Below are positions 25,650-38,780 of a stretch of 64,000 nucleotides of DNA, piece after piece. A program made the position numbers and the translations under genes. The stretch is from Marsupella aquatica (lineage: Eukaryota; Plantae; Marchantiophyta). Where the stretch lies: NCBI GenBank assembly GCA_973895155.1, contig OZ316891.1, positions 19,307,048-19,371,047 of the forward strand, given 5' to 3'. The notes under the pieces were generated by a model. It was not told the DNA's origin and searched no databases. It worked only from the letters and a program-made list of their open reading frames with translations. Position 1 is the first letter of the stretch. Every line of letters begins with the position of its first letter.

Positions 25650-26210
25650 TGCACAGAAGATGTTGTTGTGTAAACATGTCATTGCATTAAAGACATTGTT
25701 AAGTAAAAAATGTCGTTACACAAAAGATGTTGTTAAGTAAAAGATGTTGTTAAGTAAATAAATCATTGCACAAAAGATTTTGTTAAGTAAAAGATGTTGT
25801 TACACAAAAGATATTGTCAAGTACATAAATCATTGCACAAAAGATGTCGTTAAGTAAAAGATGTCATTAAGTAAAAGATATAGTTTTTTTAAGGAAGTAA
25901 AAGATACAGTTAAGCAAAAAATGTTAAGCAAAAAATGTTATTAAGTAAAATATGTCATTGCCCAAATGATTTTGTTGAGACTTAAAATATGTTGTTTTGC
26001 AAAAGATGTCATTAAGTAAAAGATGTCATTGCACAAAAATTGTTGTTAAGTAAAATATATGGTTTCTCAAAAGATGTCATTCAGTAAAATATATGGTTGC
26101 TCAAAAGATGTAGTTGAGAAAAATTATGGTGCACGAGGTAGCTTGCGTACAAGATTTTGTTAGTTAGAAAGATCTCATTGCATAAAAATGTCGTCGAGTA
26201 AAAGATATCA
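25650..26210. repeat. Minisatellite, ~17-bp unit (aaagatgttgttaagta / aaagatgtcattgcaca variants)
   Basis: Many degenerate tandem copies visible. Confidence 0.85.
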
Positions 26211-26429
26211 TGACTCTAGAGAGAGACGAGATCAACCACCAAATATAACAAAGTGAGAATGATTTATTTATTAATCATTTTTTCCTTTCAAAGCTAAACT
26301 CCCCCCCCTCCCCCCCCCCCCACACTTTCTTCTGGTTCCCTTCTTTCACTTTTTTTAATCTCCTCTCTCTCATTGATTAGATTTTGCACTAATTTATTGA
26401 CTTATCATTGTATAACACTTGTATGCAAG

Positions 26430-26545
26430 AATGATATAACATGGATGGTAGAGGGAAAACATGGTAGGGCATGGATGGTTGAGGGAGGAGCATGGTATAG
26501 CATGGATGGTTGAGGGAGAGCATGATATAACGTGGATAGTAGAGT
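26430..26545. repeat. Minisatellite, ~30-bp unit, ~4 copies
   Basis: catg(g/a)tata(g/a)catggatggttgagggagag-like units in tandem. Confidence 0.75.
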
Positions 26546-27496
26546 CAGAGATGTATAGAAGATTTTGTCTTTTGTCAAGCTTGGAAAAGCTTGCATCTAC
26601 TTTTTCATTCACACCAAATATTAATCACTTTTTCATTGATCCTTCCACTTTTTGCAGTTTTTGTTTTGTAACCCAAAATGCCATTCCAAATTTGAATGAC
26701 TACGACTGCATAAAAAGGCCCAACATTTTATTATAGTTTCTGATATTGCATGGCCTCCCTTTATGTGGGGAGTTTTAAAATGGCTTTTGTTTGAATGTTT
26801 CACAGATTTCCCCTTTAAAAAAATGTGTGATCAATATTGCATGGCCTTAACTTCAGGGATTCTACTTTTCCCTTCTTCCCGTGAAACTCACTCAAATTGT
26901 TACCTAAGTTAATGTTCTGCTAGAGTCCCCTCAAACTTGAGGTACAGCCTTGTTTCCGAGAGTGCCCTCTAACCAGGATGTTACCCTATTCTTAATGGAG
27001 GCACTTTCATGCATGGTACAAGGTTGCTGGACTTGCCAATTGAGTTTTTGTTGAAAAAGTTTAGTTGAAGGTCACATGGCCAACCAGGGCACAAGACCAT
27101 AGCAACAAGGCATGTGGCCTCTGCTATGGAGTCATTGGAGTGTCTGTGACCGTATGGGCAGGGCATTGGGTGAAGGAGGTCAAATCGGATCCAAAACTTG
27201 AATGGCCATATCTTTATCATGTGTCGTCCATTTTGGAAGCCATTTTTGGAATTACAATCAATGAGGAGGAGGCCACTCACATATTTTCTCAGAAGAGGAT
27301 TCTGAGAAATATTTTACTTTCAATAATTGATGAGGTCCCTTTATTGTATGGCAGAAAGGTCGCAGCCAGAAGGATTGGAACCCGGATTGGAAGCGGTGGG
27401 TGGAGGACCGTTGGTAGGAGATACTTTAGTGAGAGTCAACAAAGGCACCATTGGCCAATTAATTGGTGTATTATAAGGGGATTACCATAAACTTTC

Positions 27497-28720
27497 TTTG
27501 ATGTGTGCTGTAGTCAAGGGCTTTTACTTGTATACCTACCCCTGCAATAAACTGGGAATTGGCCTGTTTTGAGTCCTTCAGCCTCTTATTTCTTTCACGT
27601 TTCGTGGGAAAACAGCACAATCCGCCTAGTACCATACTTTCAAAACCCTTGAAATGTCACCAGTATGCCTTCAAAAATACGCTGCCAAGTTGATTGTGTC
27701 CCTGTTGTTGCTCTCGAAAGCAAACCAGGGAAATTATGCAAACTACTATTAAAACAAAACATTCAACTACTGAGGGAAAGCAAGCAAGGCCAAGGCCCTG
27801 TGTTCAAAAGTCCAAAATGTTGGACTTCAAGAAAATCACGCCTTGGGGTCTACCCTGCTGGTCCAATCTCTTAGTTGCATTAAAAAATGTTCATTTTCAA
27901 AACATGGGGAATCCAGGTCACCAGGATTAGACAATAAATTTCTTAGCTAAGTCAAAATGTAAGCAAAAAGTGGCTAATATGTTTTCCCACAACTTCTTGG
28001 ACCATGGCTGTTTAAGATAAGAACTAGCAGTTTGAGGTCCCCAAATTTATACATAGTAGGGTCGCCTTCACTTATGAACCTGTTAGCGGGGAACCTAGTT
28101 CTGATACCAAATCTCACCCTCAGGCAAGAAATCCAATTATTTCAGGCTCAAAACTCAAGAGTTAGCAGCTGAGATTAGTGACCCCAACCTGCTAGTTCTT
28201 ATCATACACAGCCATGGTCCCAGAAGTTGTGGGAGGGCATATTAGCCATCTTTGGGTTACTTTTTGACTTAGTACTTTTCTGTCTAATTATGGTGACCTG
28301 GACCCCCAGGTTTTGAAAATGAACACTTGTGATTTAACCGCTAGATAGGACCAGGAGGGAGCATAAGGCACGATTTTATTGAAGTCCTACATTTTGGATT
28401 TTTGAAAACAAGGCCTCGGCCATGCTTTCCCAGTTGAATGTTTTGTTTTTCAAGTAGCTTACATTTCTTCCCTGGTTGCTTTCAATAGCATAACAGGGAC
28501 ACAATCATCTGGGCAGGTGTATTTTTGAAGGCATACTGGTGACATTCCAAGGGAAACGTTTATGTAGCCATGAACAAAAGCATTGTACTAGGCAGATTGT
28601 GCTGTTTTTCCATGAAACGTGAAAGCAATGACAGACCGAAGGACTCGAAACAGGCCAAATTCTTAGTTTGTTGCAGCAGTAGTATCCAAGTAAGAGCCCT
28701 TGACTACACCACACATCAAC
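27497..28720. mobile_element. Foldback element: ~550-bp diverged inverted arms around a ~130-bp spacer
   Basis: 27500 atgtgtgctgtagtcaagggcttttacttg pairs with 28688 caagtaagagcccttgactacaccacacat. Inner ends 28017 ataagaactagcag pair with 28189 ctgctagttcttat. Matches are colinear throughout. Confidence 0.8.
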
Positions 28721-31087
28721 GAACGTTTTGTAGCCATTTTCTCTTCATCCAAAGCTCTGAAGACTTCAACGGGGTCAACTATAAGAGAGTACAAATCGTT
28801 GGATACACCTGCCGTTCAGTTTAGGGATGGGTTGTCGAGACTACTTTTTAGAATTGGATTTGGACGAGCGATCCTTTTCAAAGCTTCATGTCACTGGACC
28901 AATCGCATACTACAATTGAGGAAGTGGGCTCGTTTGATCAGTGTAAGCCTACTCTCTTCGACAACCAGTACCAGATTTCCACACAGACATGATATGGATG
29001 AGGACTTTGGTTTCACCCAATCTAGACCTATGACAAATTAAAAACACTGAAACTCTCACAATCTTGGGAAATACACTGAAAAAATACCTTGTTTCCATCT
29101 TATGAATGGTCAGGCTCAGCTTGTGAGCAATCACTAAAGTACAAGTCCAGTTCAGAGACACATGCATATACAAGCTTTTGCCGAAATTCTCTTCATTTCA
29201 CTCAGTTTCATCGTCTTCCGCCATAGAATTCACCTCACATGATTTTGGTTACGGCAGGTTCGTCTTGTTCAGTTGAAGACAACCTTGCTGCACAAAATAG
29301 AAGGGATGCAAGAACTACTGTAGAACTCCAGCTCCAGTCAATACAACAAAACCCCTAATTGCGTTTCATGGTCTTTGCATTCCACTATTCGTCATTCAAA
29401 CAAGTAATGTCAACAATGAGGAAGGTTTACTCAAGAAACCCGTTCAGATTTTCATTAAAAGTAAATCCTGGGCACAAATCGTTGCTTCAAATCTCTTGTC
29501 TCTATATGCACCCAGTACTTCACCAAAACTATAAGTTTCAGCAACCTCCAATTCTGTATTCTGATGCTAGGCTTAAATCTTCACTATACTTCGTCTTAAT
29601 AGCCATCCACCTCCATCGACCCTTCCAAGTTCCCAAACCAAATGTTCGGCGAAAGGCATCACACATTTAGAATTGCTCAGTGCTGCTATTCTGACTTTCT
29701 CAAGCATTTAACTTGATAAAGCTTCATCCAACACACTCATCACATGAATTGCACAGGCTGAGGTTCTTGGGCCAAATCTGATGTGCACACTGGTACTCAC
29801 GAAGTAAACATTTCCGTGACTCTCGATAAAGAATCCTTCCTGTTAGGAGTCAATCCCCATTAGAAAAAGTAGCAGATACTCATCAAAGCGTTACAAGCCA
29901 CCATTGAGCACAAACCCAGCACTAATAACGAGGCGGATCAGGGTTTACATTTCATCCTTTCAGTCTGTGCGGGATGGTAGGTAAAAAACTACAGCTACAT
30001 ACAAGAGTCGGCAGCCACTGCACGAGTACACTTTACATTGACATAACTTCAGTACCGTGGCATCACGCACTGGCCACTCCAATTACCCATGAACGGGACC
30101 ATTCCATCAGACCATCAAACACATACCAACCTCTTCATGTCCACATCCATTCACCCACGAGATAGTTCAGAAGAGAAGAATAAAATCCAGATAGGGATCG
30201 ATTTATTCAATTCCTGGCGACCACGGTAGCAAATAATCATGAATTGTCGATGCAAGGAATACTAGTGTATCGCCACAACGTAATGCCCGTCTGGAGCTTT
30301 GTGAGTAAGTCACTCAATAGATGTGACCTCCAGTTACCTACACAAACACGATTAACACAGCAAGTAAGCAAAGCTCATTGCAATGCAGCATCCTACCCTA
30401 TTGAAGTATAATTAATCGAGCAACACACTGATTGGGCTGAATGAACAACACTACATGTGATTCAAGGTCTCTGATTAACTAGACTGCGTAAATCCATTCC
30501 TGGAACTGAAACTTGTCACAGCAAAGGAGCTTCAATAGCCGAATAAACCACTGATCCACGGACAAGATACAAGAATTCAACTCACAAGGACGAGCCTACA
30601 CTATTCCTAGGACCCTTCAGGCACGCATTGGCTGTCTTAAACAGTGTAGAGGACATTCAATTATGTTGCTATGGGACCCATAACATGGTGTAGTCTCTCA
30701 CAGTGTATGAGGAAACAACAGGCCCTACGTGGACGTGAAGATCGTGATATCTGGGAGACGACAAATAACATGCTTGCCTCTCCCAGGAGATGATGGATAG
30801 CGCATCAGTGCATTATGCTACTCACATACCCGCAGATGGGTAACAACGAAGGGAAGAAGGCCCGCTACAGGTGTGCAAGCTGTCTTTCCTTCGAGCCTAA
30901 ATCTCCAAAACCATTCTTGTAGAATAAGAAACTTGAATCAAATGGCCAATCACTCACCGCTGGGTGCAAATCCCCCACTACCGACGAATAGAGCTCTCTC
31001 CCAACACTCCGACGCCACAGGCCCAAGCGATGGTTGCAGAGAGGTAGATGCAGGCGAATCAGATGGCGGCATCAATCTCGTCTGTAA

Positions 31088-32548
31088 TTACCAGTCACTG
31101 AGCTGGTTGACGAGGTTTTTCTCCACAGTATGGTATGTCGTATGCAGACATTCCAAGGCTTTCGAAGACCGAGGATGGTTCAGCCACTCGTCGTACAATC
31201 CTATGGCCACAGGATTTTTAAACGGATCCTTCACATCCACCTCTTGGAGATAGACACTCTCTAGGGTTTGAATCAACTCCTTCGCAGATTGTCCAACTTT
31301 GGGTTTTATCTGCCCTCCTCCATTAAGACAGCCCGATGGACAAGCCATGATTTCCACATAATCATAATCACACTTCCCGATCTTGATCTTTCGCACCAAA
31401 GTTTGAATGTTCCGGAACCCATAAGCACAGGCGAATCTCAAAACGACCTTCCCATTATTCTCTAAAGTGATCTCCATAAAATCAGAATTTCGTAATGTTT
31501 TGAACTCAAGCTGCCCTGAAATCTCCTTTCCGAACAAAGTTTTGGCAGCATAGCGGAAGATAGTATCTACATAGCCACCACTTCCACCGCGGACCCCATA
31601 GAGCAGATCATCCTCGTCTACATTTGTGAGCATTCTATCGAGAGGAACCTCCTCTAAGGCAGGGAAATCTACACTTCTCTTCTCTAGCAAATCTAAAATC
31701 TCCCCTGAGGTGAGAACAGAGTCCACTTCGGTGACAGAGAAACCATCCTCCACCGCGAACAGAAAATCGTCCCGTGAAGCCTCCAGCTTCTTATCGTAGC
31801 AGGGCATAATCGTTACGTGGTGAATCTCCTCGGGCTTAAACCCCAACTTCTTACAAGCGTGCCGTTTGATAATCGCCCCCATCACCTGTTGAGGACTTTT
31901 CACAGTGCTAATGAATGGCAAAATCTCCGCCCCATGCGTCTTTTCTGCATAGCACACCCAACCCGGACAAGCGGATGCCAGCACCGGCAGTCTCTGTTGC
32001 TGCTCTTTAGGGTTGGAATCGCCTTTTCTAAATTTCAAAGATTCTCTGTACTTGGACACGAATTCCTCGCAAGCTTCTATTAGAGAAAGATCTCGGCTAC
32101 AGCTGGTGTCATATACTGCTTCTACACCCAATGACTTAAAAAATCCGGTCAATTTCTTAAACGCCTGGAGCGCTGTGAGATTGTAGTGTGAAGCGAGAGA
32201 CGCTCGAGACTGTGGAGACAAGGACACTATCACCTTCTTGTCCCCTGCTTCAAGGCGAGCCAGGAACTCATCCGTGCTCTGCTGCTCTAACATAACAGTC
32301 TCGGCTGAAGTAATACATCCGCTACAAGCCAGGCAATCGTGCAACGTGACCTTAACAGGCGCGTCAGTGTCCCTGGGCGTCTGATCGAATCGGGAGGTTA
32401 CCTTGGCCTGTAATTGAACTACACCGTTCAGCTGGGTCGGTTCCGTTTTCTTCTTCTGCGCCGATAGAGAGACCACGCAAGACTGGGACGGAGCGATGTA
32501 GTCATTCAGATTGATGAGCTTTAGGGCTCCAGAAAAGTTGCTCGTCAT
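31088..32548 (-). CDS. NAR1: Cytosolic Fe-S cluster assembly factor NAR1 ([FeFe]-hydrogenase-like, NARF/GOLLUM family), CDS without introns
   Basis: FSGALKL..LNDYIAPSQSC, VTLHDCLACSGCITSAE, LASACPGWVCYAEK, IMPCYDKKLEASR and EIMACPSGCLNGGGQ, in a single 486-aa ORF. Confidence 0.96.
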   Translation of the reverse strand: MTSNFSGALKLINLNDYIAPSQSCVVSLSAQKKKTEPTQLNGVVQLQAKVTSRFDQTPRDTDAPVKVTLHDCLACSGCITSAETVMLEQQSTDEFLARLEAGDKKVIVSLSPQSRASLASHYNLTALQAFKKLTGFFKSLGVEAVYDTSCSRDLSLIEACEEFVSKYRESLKFRKGDSNPKEQQQRLPVLASACPGWVCYAEKTHGAEILPFISTVKSPQQVMGAIIKRHACKKLGFKPEEIHHVTIMPCYDKKLEASRDDFLFAVEDGFSVTEVDSVLTSGEILDLLEKRSVDFPALEEVPLDRMLTNVDEDDLLYGVRGGSGGYVDTIFRYAAKTLFGKEISGQLEFKTLRNSDFMEITLENNGKVVLRFACAYGFRNIQTLVRKIKIGKCDYDYVEIMACPSGCLNGGGQIKPKVGQSAKELIQTLESVYLQEVDVKDPFKNPVAIGLYDEWLNHPRSSKALECLHTTYHTVEKNLVNQLSDW

Positions 32549-33146
32549 CCCGCCAAATTCTCCTCACTCTGGGATTTTGCTGTTAGCCTGCCTGAGACTA
32601 ACATTGGATGCTACAACCACGCCGATGAACTGCTGCTTCTCGTTTCTTAGGCTCTGACGATGGATCACATGACTAAATCGCACGACAAAGCTCCTGGTCA
32701 ATTTTGTGCTATCCTTTGCAACAATGTCCGTCCAACAATTCCAGAAAGTAGGAACTCTTTTCCCCCCTTACTCTGCGAATGTCCCGATCCACTCTTCTCC
32801 TCCTCGTCGCCCGACGTGACCAGACTCGACCAGGCGCTCTTCTTCCTTCAAACTAAAGCAACACAATCAATTCGCTTTTCGAAAATTCTCACCTCGGAAG
32901 CGGAAGTCAATCTCTATTATTTGTATGCTTCGTCCTTAGCTCTTTGAGAGTCTCAACTCTCAACTTGAGCAAGTTGGACGAGGTATCGCTGGAGAGAAAC
33001 GCTTTAGAAAGTTCGCGTCCCCCTTGTCCAAATTCCAGGTAGTGTCCAATTTCCAGCCAACTCCCTCTGCATGCGTGTCTCTTTCCGTCTTTGTGTTGGA
33101 CCTCTTGGTCCTTTGTGGCCATTTCACCTTTCTTTTCCCCCCTTTA

Positions 33147-33682
33147 GAGCATCTCTAACCCAACTGGGTTTTCATTTTCCCCCTTTTTAGAACATCTCTA
33201 ACCCAACTGGGTTTTGCTAATGTAACGATCTCCAACCCAACTGGGTTTTGCTAATGTAACGATCTCCAACCCAACTGGGTTTTGCTAATGTAACCATCTC
33301 CAACCCAACTGGGTTTCTATAACTTAACTGGGTCGGTGTGGACCCAGTAAAGAAAATCTAATCTAAAACCCACACCAACGCTTTCTGGATTTCAGGAACA
33401 AGGTTTTTTGGTGGAACAAGTTTTTTTTGGTTATTGGATTTGTATATGGGAGAGATTATGCACTAGTCTATTCCTTACTTGGTTAGTTGCTGGGTTTTCA
33501 AGATCTCTATCTAGGGTTGTTAGATCTTGATACCTGCTGTTTAGGGAAGATTACTCCGTCAGGGTTGGGACTGGTTTTGAGTTGGCCCCTAAAGATATGT
33601 GCAGCGCACTAAATATAGGATGTTGTCAGACTGGGTATTTGATGTACCCAGTAAGTATAACCCTGTTGGGTTGGAGATGCTC
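33147..33682. mobile_element. Tourist-like (PIF/Harbinger) MITE with tandemly reiterated 5' terminus
   Basis: Termini gagcatctctaacc / ggttggagatgctc with tta/ttt flanks. About five tandem copies of atctc(c/t)aacccaactgggtttt at 33150-33316. Confidence 0.75.
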
Positions 33683-35325
33683 TTTTGGGTTGCTTTGCCG
33701 TTTGGACCCTGTCTCCAGGTTCAGGCATTTTTGCCCTTTGGCAACGTGATATGAATTGAGCTCTTTCAAATGGTGGGCTACTTAAAAAGGTTTTCTTGGG
33801 TTCCTTTGCCATTGGGACCCTGTCTCCAGGTTCTGCATTTTTGCCAGGTTCTGCATTTTTGCCCTTTGGCAATGTGATATATACTGTGCTCTTTCCAATG
33901 GGTTCCCTGTGGTTTGTGTTTGTAGTGGAAAAGTTACGCAACCATGGGCCATGAATCTTGGTCCAAGAATGAAATTGTTATGGGGGTCCATATAAAATGG
34001 TAGTCACATAGCACTTTCTGGCTCATCTTTGTTGTCCTTGATAGGAATTCAAAGATGGTGGGCTAGCTAATCCTTTTTCCACCAAAAAAAACCAAATGGG
34101 AAGCAAGGGGGAAAAAACTGCCCAAGCCAAAAATGAACACCAGGCACCAGGTCAGTGGCCACAGCCCCCACCACGAGGGTGAAAAAACCTAATCGGGCCA
34201 CGAGAGCCAGAAGAGCCAAAGGAGAGTGGCCAATCGAGTGGCCTCATCCAACAACCAGCTGATGCAATTCCTTTGGAACTTACAAAAGTAACTCCAATTC
34301 TAATGCTAGAAAGTTTTAAAAATCTGTCTCTAGGGTCACTAGCTGAGGAGTGGCTCCTCCTAAGATTAGTTGTGACAATCCTACTCTTGCCCTTGTGGTC
34401 TTCAACAATAGAAACCTGTCTACCACTCCTGTCAAAAACACCTATCAAAGTCAGCCAGCCTACTTCCCTCACAATGCAAGGAACAAAGCAAAAGGTGCAT
34501 CAGGTCAAGATCCATTATATCTATACACTTAACTCTTGTTGAGGGTGTCAAGGTTAAGTGTCTGGAGGATCTGAATATATAGCACCCAGGGCTTGAGCAC
34601 CTCATGAAGCTTGCTAAGGGATTTCTACAATTGTCTTGCTTTCTTTGGGAATTACACATATCCAAAATGAAAATAATGTAGTTCTCAGTCTGTCTCAAGA
34701 TAACCCATCCTGCAGGCAAGCGCCCAAGGAACTGAAAGTGACTCTTATTGTTCCTCTCTTTCTAAGTAGTGGTGCAAAGATGGTGGGCTAGTTACAAAGC
34801 TGGTTTCATAATTTGGCTTCATATGACATTGGTACTTTATCAGAGGTCCAATTTTGTGAATAAATACTATTCACAAGTGAGCCCCCCATCAACCCTTTCA
34901 CAAATAAATAGTGATGAACTTTATTTAACCAAACACCTACAATTATCAATCATGCCAAAAATGATTATCTTTGTGTCAAAAAAAAAAGATGCTGGAGAAA
35001 ATTGTGGTCATTCACCCAATAGAAAATGATTTTCTTTGCACATGAGATCCTCCTTTGTCTCCTGCCCAATCTGCTTACCATGAATAAACAGGAAAAAAGT
35101 TTGAAATTTTGAAAAAAATGTGTATTTTTAAAATTATAAATTAAAATAAGAAAAACAAAAGAGAAGAGAAAATAATCAATTATTTGACACTTCTCCCCCA
35201 TGTGGCGCGATTGTGCTTGGACTTCATAACATTATGGTTGTTGTCACGGTTCTGGCATCCCCAGTCTCACCCTCCTCAATTGACATGACTTTCACAACAA
35301 TAGCACTGACAGAAATGCTGAAGCA

Positions 35326-35392
35326 GGCATGGCTGAGTGGTAGCTCACTTGAGCAGGGTCTCATAGGTTATGGGTTCAAAGTTGCAACTGGC
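35326..35392 (+). repeat. tRNA-derived (SINE-head-like) relic
   Basis: A-box-like tggctgagtggtag and B-box-like gggttcaaa at tRNA-like spacing. No convincing acceptor stem. Confidence 0.4.
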
Positions 35393-35891
35393 TTGTATTG
35401 CCTCGCTTTCCGTGGGGTTTCACAGATTTTCCTATTAAAAACAATTCTTGACCAAAATGACACAAAAATGACAGCATGTCCACAATAATAACACTCCACC
35501 AAAACAATGAGACTTTGTTCCACTCCCACAAACATGATTGCACAAAGAACTCAGTCGGCACAACAACATTTAATTGCCTCCCTTACAATCTTTTTCCTCT
35601 CCATGGTCATGTGACTGTGCATTGCATGGTTGGGTATTGTCGCACCAACAAGCACATTGTCACAACGATGATCATCGCCTACAATTCCTTGTCTCACCTT
35701 GACATTATTGTGCCATGCACTGGGTATCCCTGCACAAAGTACAACATGGCCCCAATGACCTCATGCAACATAAGAATCTGTAATAACTTTTTATTTAACT
35801 TACCCTAGGTGAGGCTCATAGGATTGTGATCTTTGATGGGAATCAAGAAAGGTGGGCTAGTTACAAAGCTGTGGAGATTGTGAGTAGTTAT

Positions 35892-35990
35892 GAAGTTGCT
35901 TTGGTTTGGCCTCAAATGAGCTATGGTGAGTTGTAAAAAGTTGCTTTTGTTTGGCCTCAAATGAGCTATGGTGAGTTGTAAAAAGTTGCT
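35892..35990. repeat. Tandem duplication, ~46-bp unit
   Basis: aagttgctt..gtttggcctcaaatgagctatggtgagttgtaaa repeated twice. Confidence 0.8.
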
Positions 35991-37983
35991 TATTCACAAA
36001 GAAATCCTAATCGTGGTCCTGTGAGCCCTTTCACAAATATTCCTCCAACAACCTTCATATATCACACACATAAGAAGATGGACACAGTCAGTCTTGTGGT
36101 GGTGACTAGTTTTTACTCATAAGTTTGTGATCCCTATTGAATCAAGAGAACGATGGTGGGCTTTCATTTTGCTTCTAATGAGCTCTGGTGCATTTCCAGA
36201 TTTTGAAGATTTCACAATAAAATACTACTCAAAAATATTCACACAAACACAAAAATTGAGCGGATAATCATTATGACAAAAAGTTTCTTGAAGCATATAC
36301 AAATTTAAGATTTGTGGGAGAGAGATGACTAATAGTCCATGATGAAGGATGATTTGGAAATTGTTGAGACCTCAGGGAGTTAACTTTGTGTGTATTTTGG
36401 GGTACCACCTATGATGCTAGTCTGATTTAAAAACCCTATCTTTCTACTTATATTTTAGTTTATAAATTATATATGTTAGGGACATGTGTACATATACTAG
36501 TGTACCTTGTTTTACCTTCCAGACTTTTCAACAGGTTCACCACAAATATAGGGGCCTTGATGTAGGCCATTAATATAGGGGCCTTGATATAGTGAGACCC
36601 TTGAAAGCTCAAGAATGTTAGCCCATGCAAGGCCTAGTGAAAACTGCCCCTCGTTTGATTAATATAATAATTCCTTTTAGCTCATTATTTCCAGCCAAGG
36701 GCAATGGTTAGAGTTTGGAGTTGTTTTTTCTTCAAAACAGTAAATTTACTTAGCGCTAGATACCTGGTTAGGATAATTCCTTAGCAGAGCACGACCCACA
36801 GACAAAAAGGTCGTCCATCCATGCACATACAAGATGCCTTTTTGCATGCTACTTGGGAACTTATAGATGCACACCAAGCGAGTCCTAATTGGTCAAAAAT
36901 CTCATGAAACAATCATAGTTGTAAACTGGTCCTACTTCCCCACCTTTCCATCCTGTTGGTCAATGAAATGCTTATGTTCATGAATCTCATTGGCTAGTGA
37001 AAGGAGAAGGTAGGCTCAATATTTTTTGCTTAGAAGGTTAGGCATTAGAGAACAAACTATGGGTGACCATATGAAATCAATCCTATTTGGATGTATGCTG
37101 GCCTTATCTCCTCACATTTCCATCCTAGTCATTGTGAATCAAGTGGTGATAGTCATGAATATAAATTTGCTTTATTAATGATTGTTTTCATCGATCTTAG
37201 TTTGTCCAATTTTATTGAACTAGTCCATGAAGAAGTGATCATGTATTCTTGTTGATCAAGTAATCTACAGATGAGAACCCTGCCTCGCCTAGACTACCAT
37301 TGCCTTACATGATTACGAGGGTGTGTCAATCCTCAAGTAGTACAGCACACAGGTTCCTGTAATATCATATGACTGTAAATATTCTTGGTGTCAAGTGATT
37401 TTTAAAATTTTCCTTGTTTGTGACCAGCCTATAAGGTTGCCTTATGGCTATGTCTTATGGATGTCTCTGAAGAACAAAGTATCTGACACTAATTTTAATG
37501 TCCATAACGATTGGGTCTGTAATTCATAACCCACTCAGTAACAAGTCCAAACTTTGAAACTTTAAGACTCCCTAGAGGTATATGTTTGATGGGACCCTTG
37601 CCAAGACAAACTTAGATGATGGGTCTCTATGAAACTTCTGCTACAAACTAGGCCCCCTATGTAGGTTCCATGCATATGGTTCTTATATGTGGTGCCTACT
37701 TGCATGATCAACTATACATTTCCCCTCGCCCAGCACTCCGCCCAAGCAGGCGCCGTGGATGGCCTCCATAGACGGTGGAAGCCAAGAGTTCCACTGTGGT
37801 TCTGACACTGTCAGAGCTCTGCATCGTTTGGAGTATGGTTTGCCTGCAGCGCAGTTTGGTTTAGCCGGTGCCGACAAAGCTTTACCATGGTTTGGTTTAG
37901 CCGGTGCTGACAAAGCTTACCACAGTTCTTTGCCAAAGCGCTGCCATTACCATACTGTGGACCCGGGTGTGATTTGGGTGACA

Positions 37984-38250
37984 GTAAATGGCTATGAACA
38001 GGGAGAGTTGGATGAAACATGAACCCTCTATGATGGGTTTCAGAGGGCAAGGGGTAACACAGTTGTGAGTTTTTGGAAATTGAGGAAGAAGGTGAATACT
38101 GTGGTAGAGTGGCATGCAAGGGTAAATGGCTATGAACTGGGAGCGTTGGATGAAACATGAACGGTGGATAATGGGTTTCAGAGGGCGAGGGGTAACGCAG
38201 TTTGTGAGGTTTTGAAATTGAGGAAGAGGGGGATACTGTGGTAGAGTGGG
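37984..38250. repeat. Tandem duplication, ~138-bp unit, upstream of the SPIRAL1-like gene
   Basis: gtaaatggctatgaac.ggga..gttggatgaaacatgaac...tgggtttcagagggc.aggggtaac.cagtt...aaattgaggaaga.gg..atactgtggtagagtgg occurs twice. Confidence 0.85.
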
Positions 38251-38780
38251 CACTAACTGCGGTGGAGACGAGGGCGGGTACGGAGGTTCGAGGTTTACAC
38301 GCGCGCATATCTTGCTTGCTTCCGGCTGAGGGAGAAGAGCTTCCCCCCTTTGTTAGAGAGAACCTGTACGCCACTTTCTCTCTTCTCTCTCTTGCAAACG
38401 CACCAACATCATCGTCGTCTTGCTTCGCTCTCTGGGCGGTCGGTCGAGCTCTGCCGTTTTGGTGTTCGATTCAGTTTGCGTTGCGGAGAAGTGCTGCTTC
38501 CGTTGTTCCGGTACTGGTGTTGCTGTTGCTGTTGTGCAGTGCAGATCGGTGAGGTTGTTGCCGTGCGAAGGAGATTTTGAAGCAAAGGATTTATTATCGC
38601 GTTGGGAAGGAGCGGAGCTGGGGAAGCAGGAACTGAAGGAAGTGACCGTCCGACATTCGTTTCCGTCGCAGATCTGGAGCAGACATTGACACGGAAGGAA
38701 GAGTTTGTTCGGAAAGAGGGAGCGTAAGAGAGTGGTGCAGGAAGGCGGAGAGCGGCAGAGAGTAGTGTGAGTAAGGCGAT

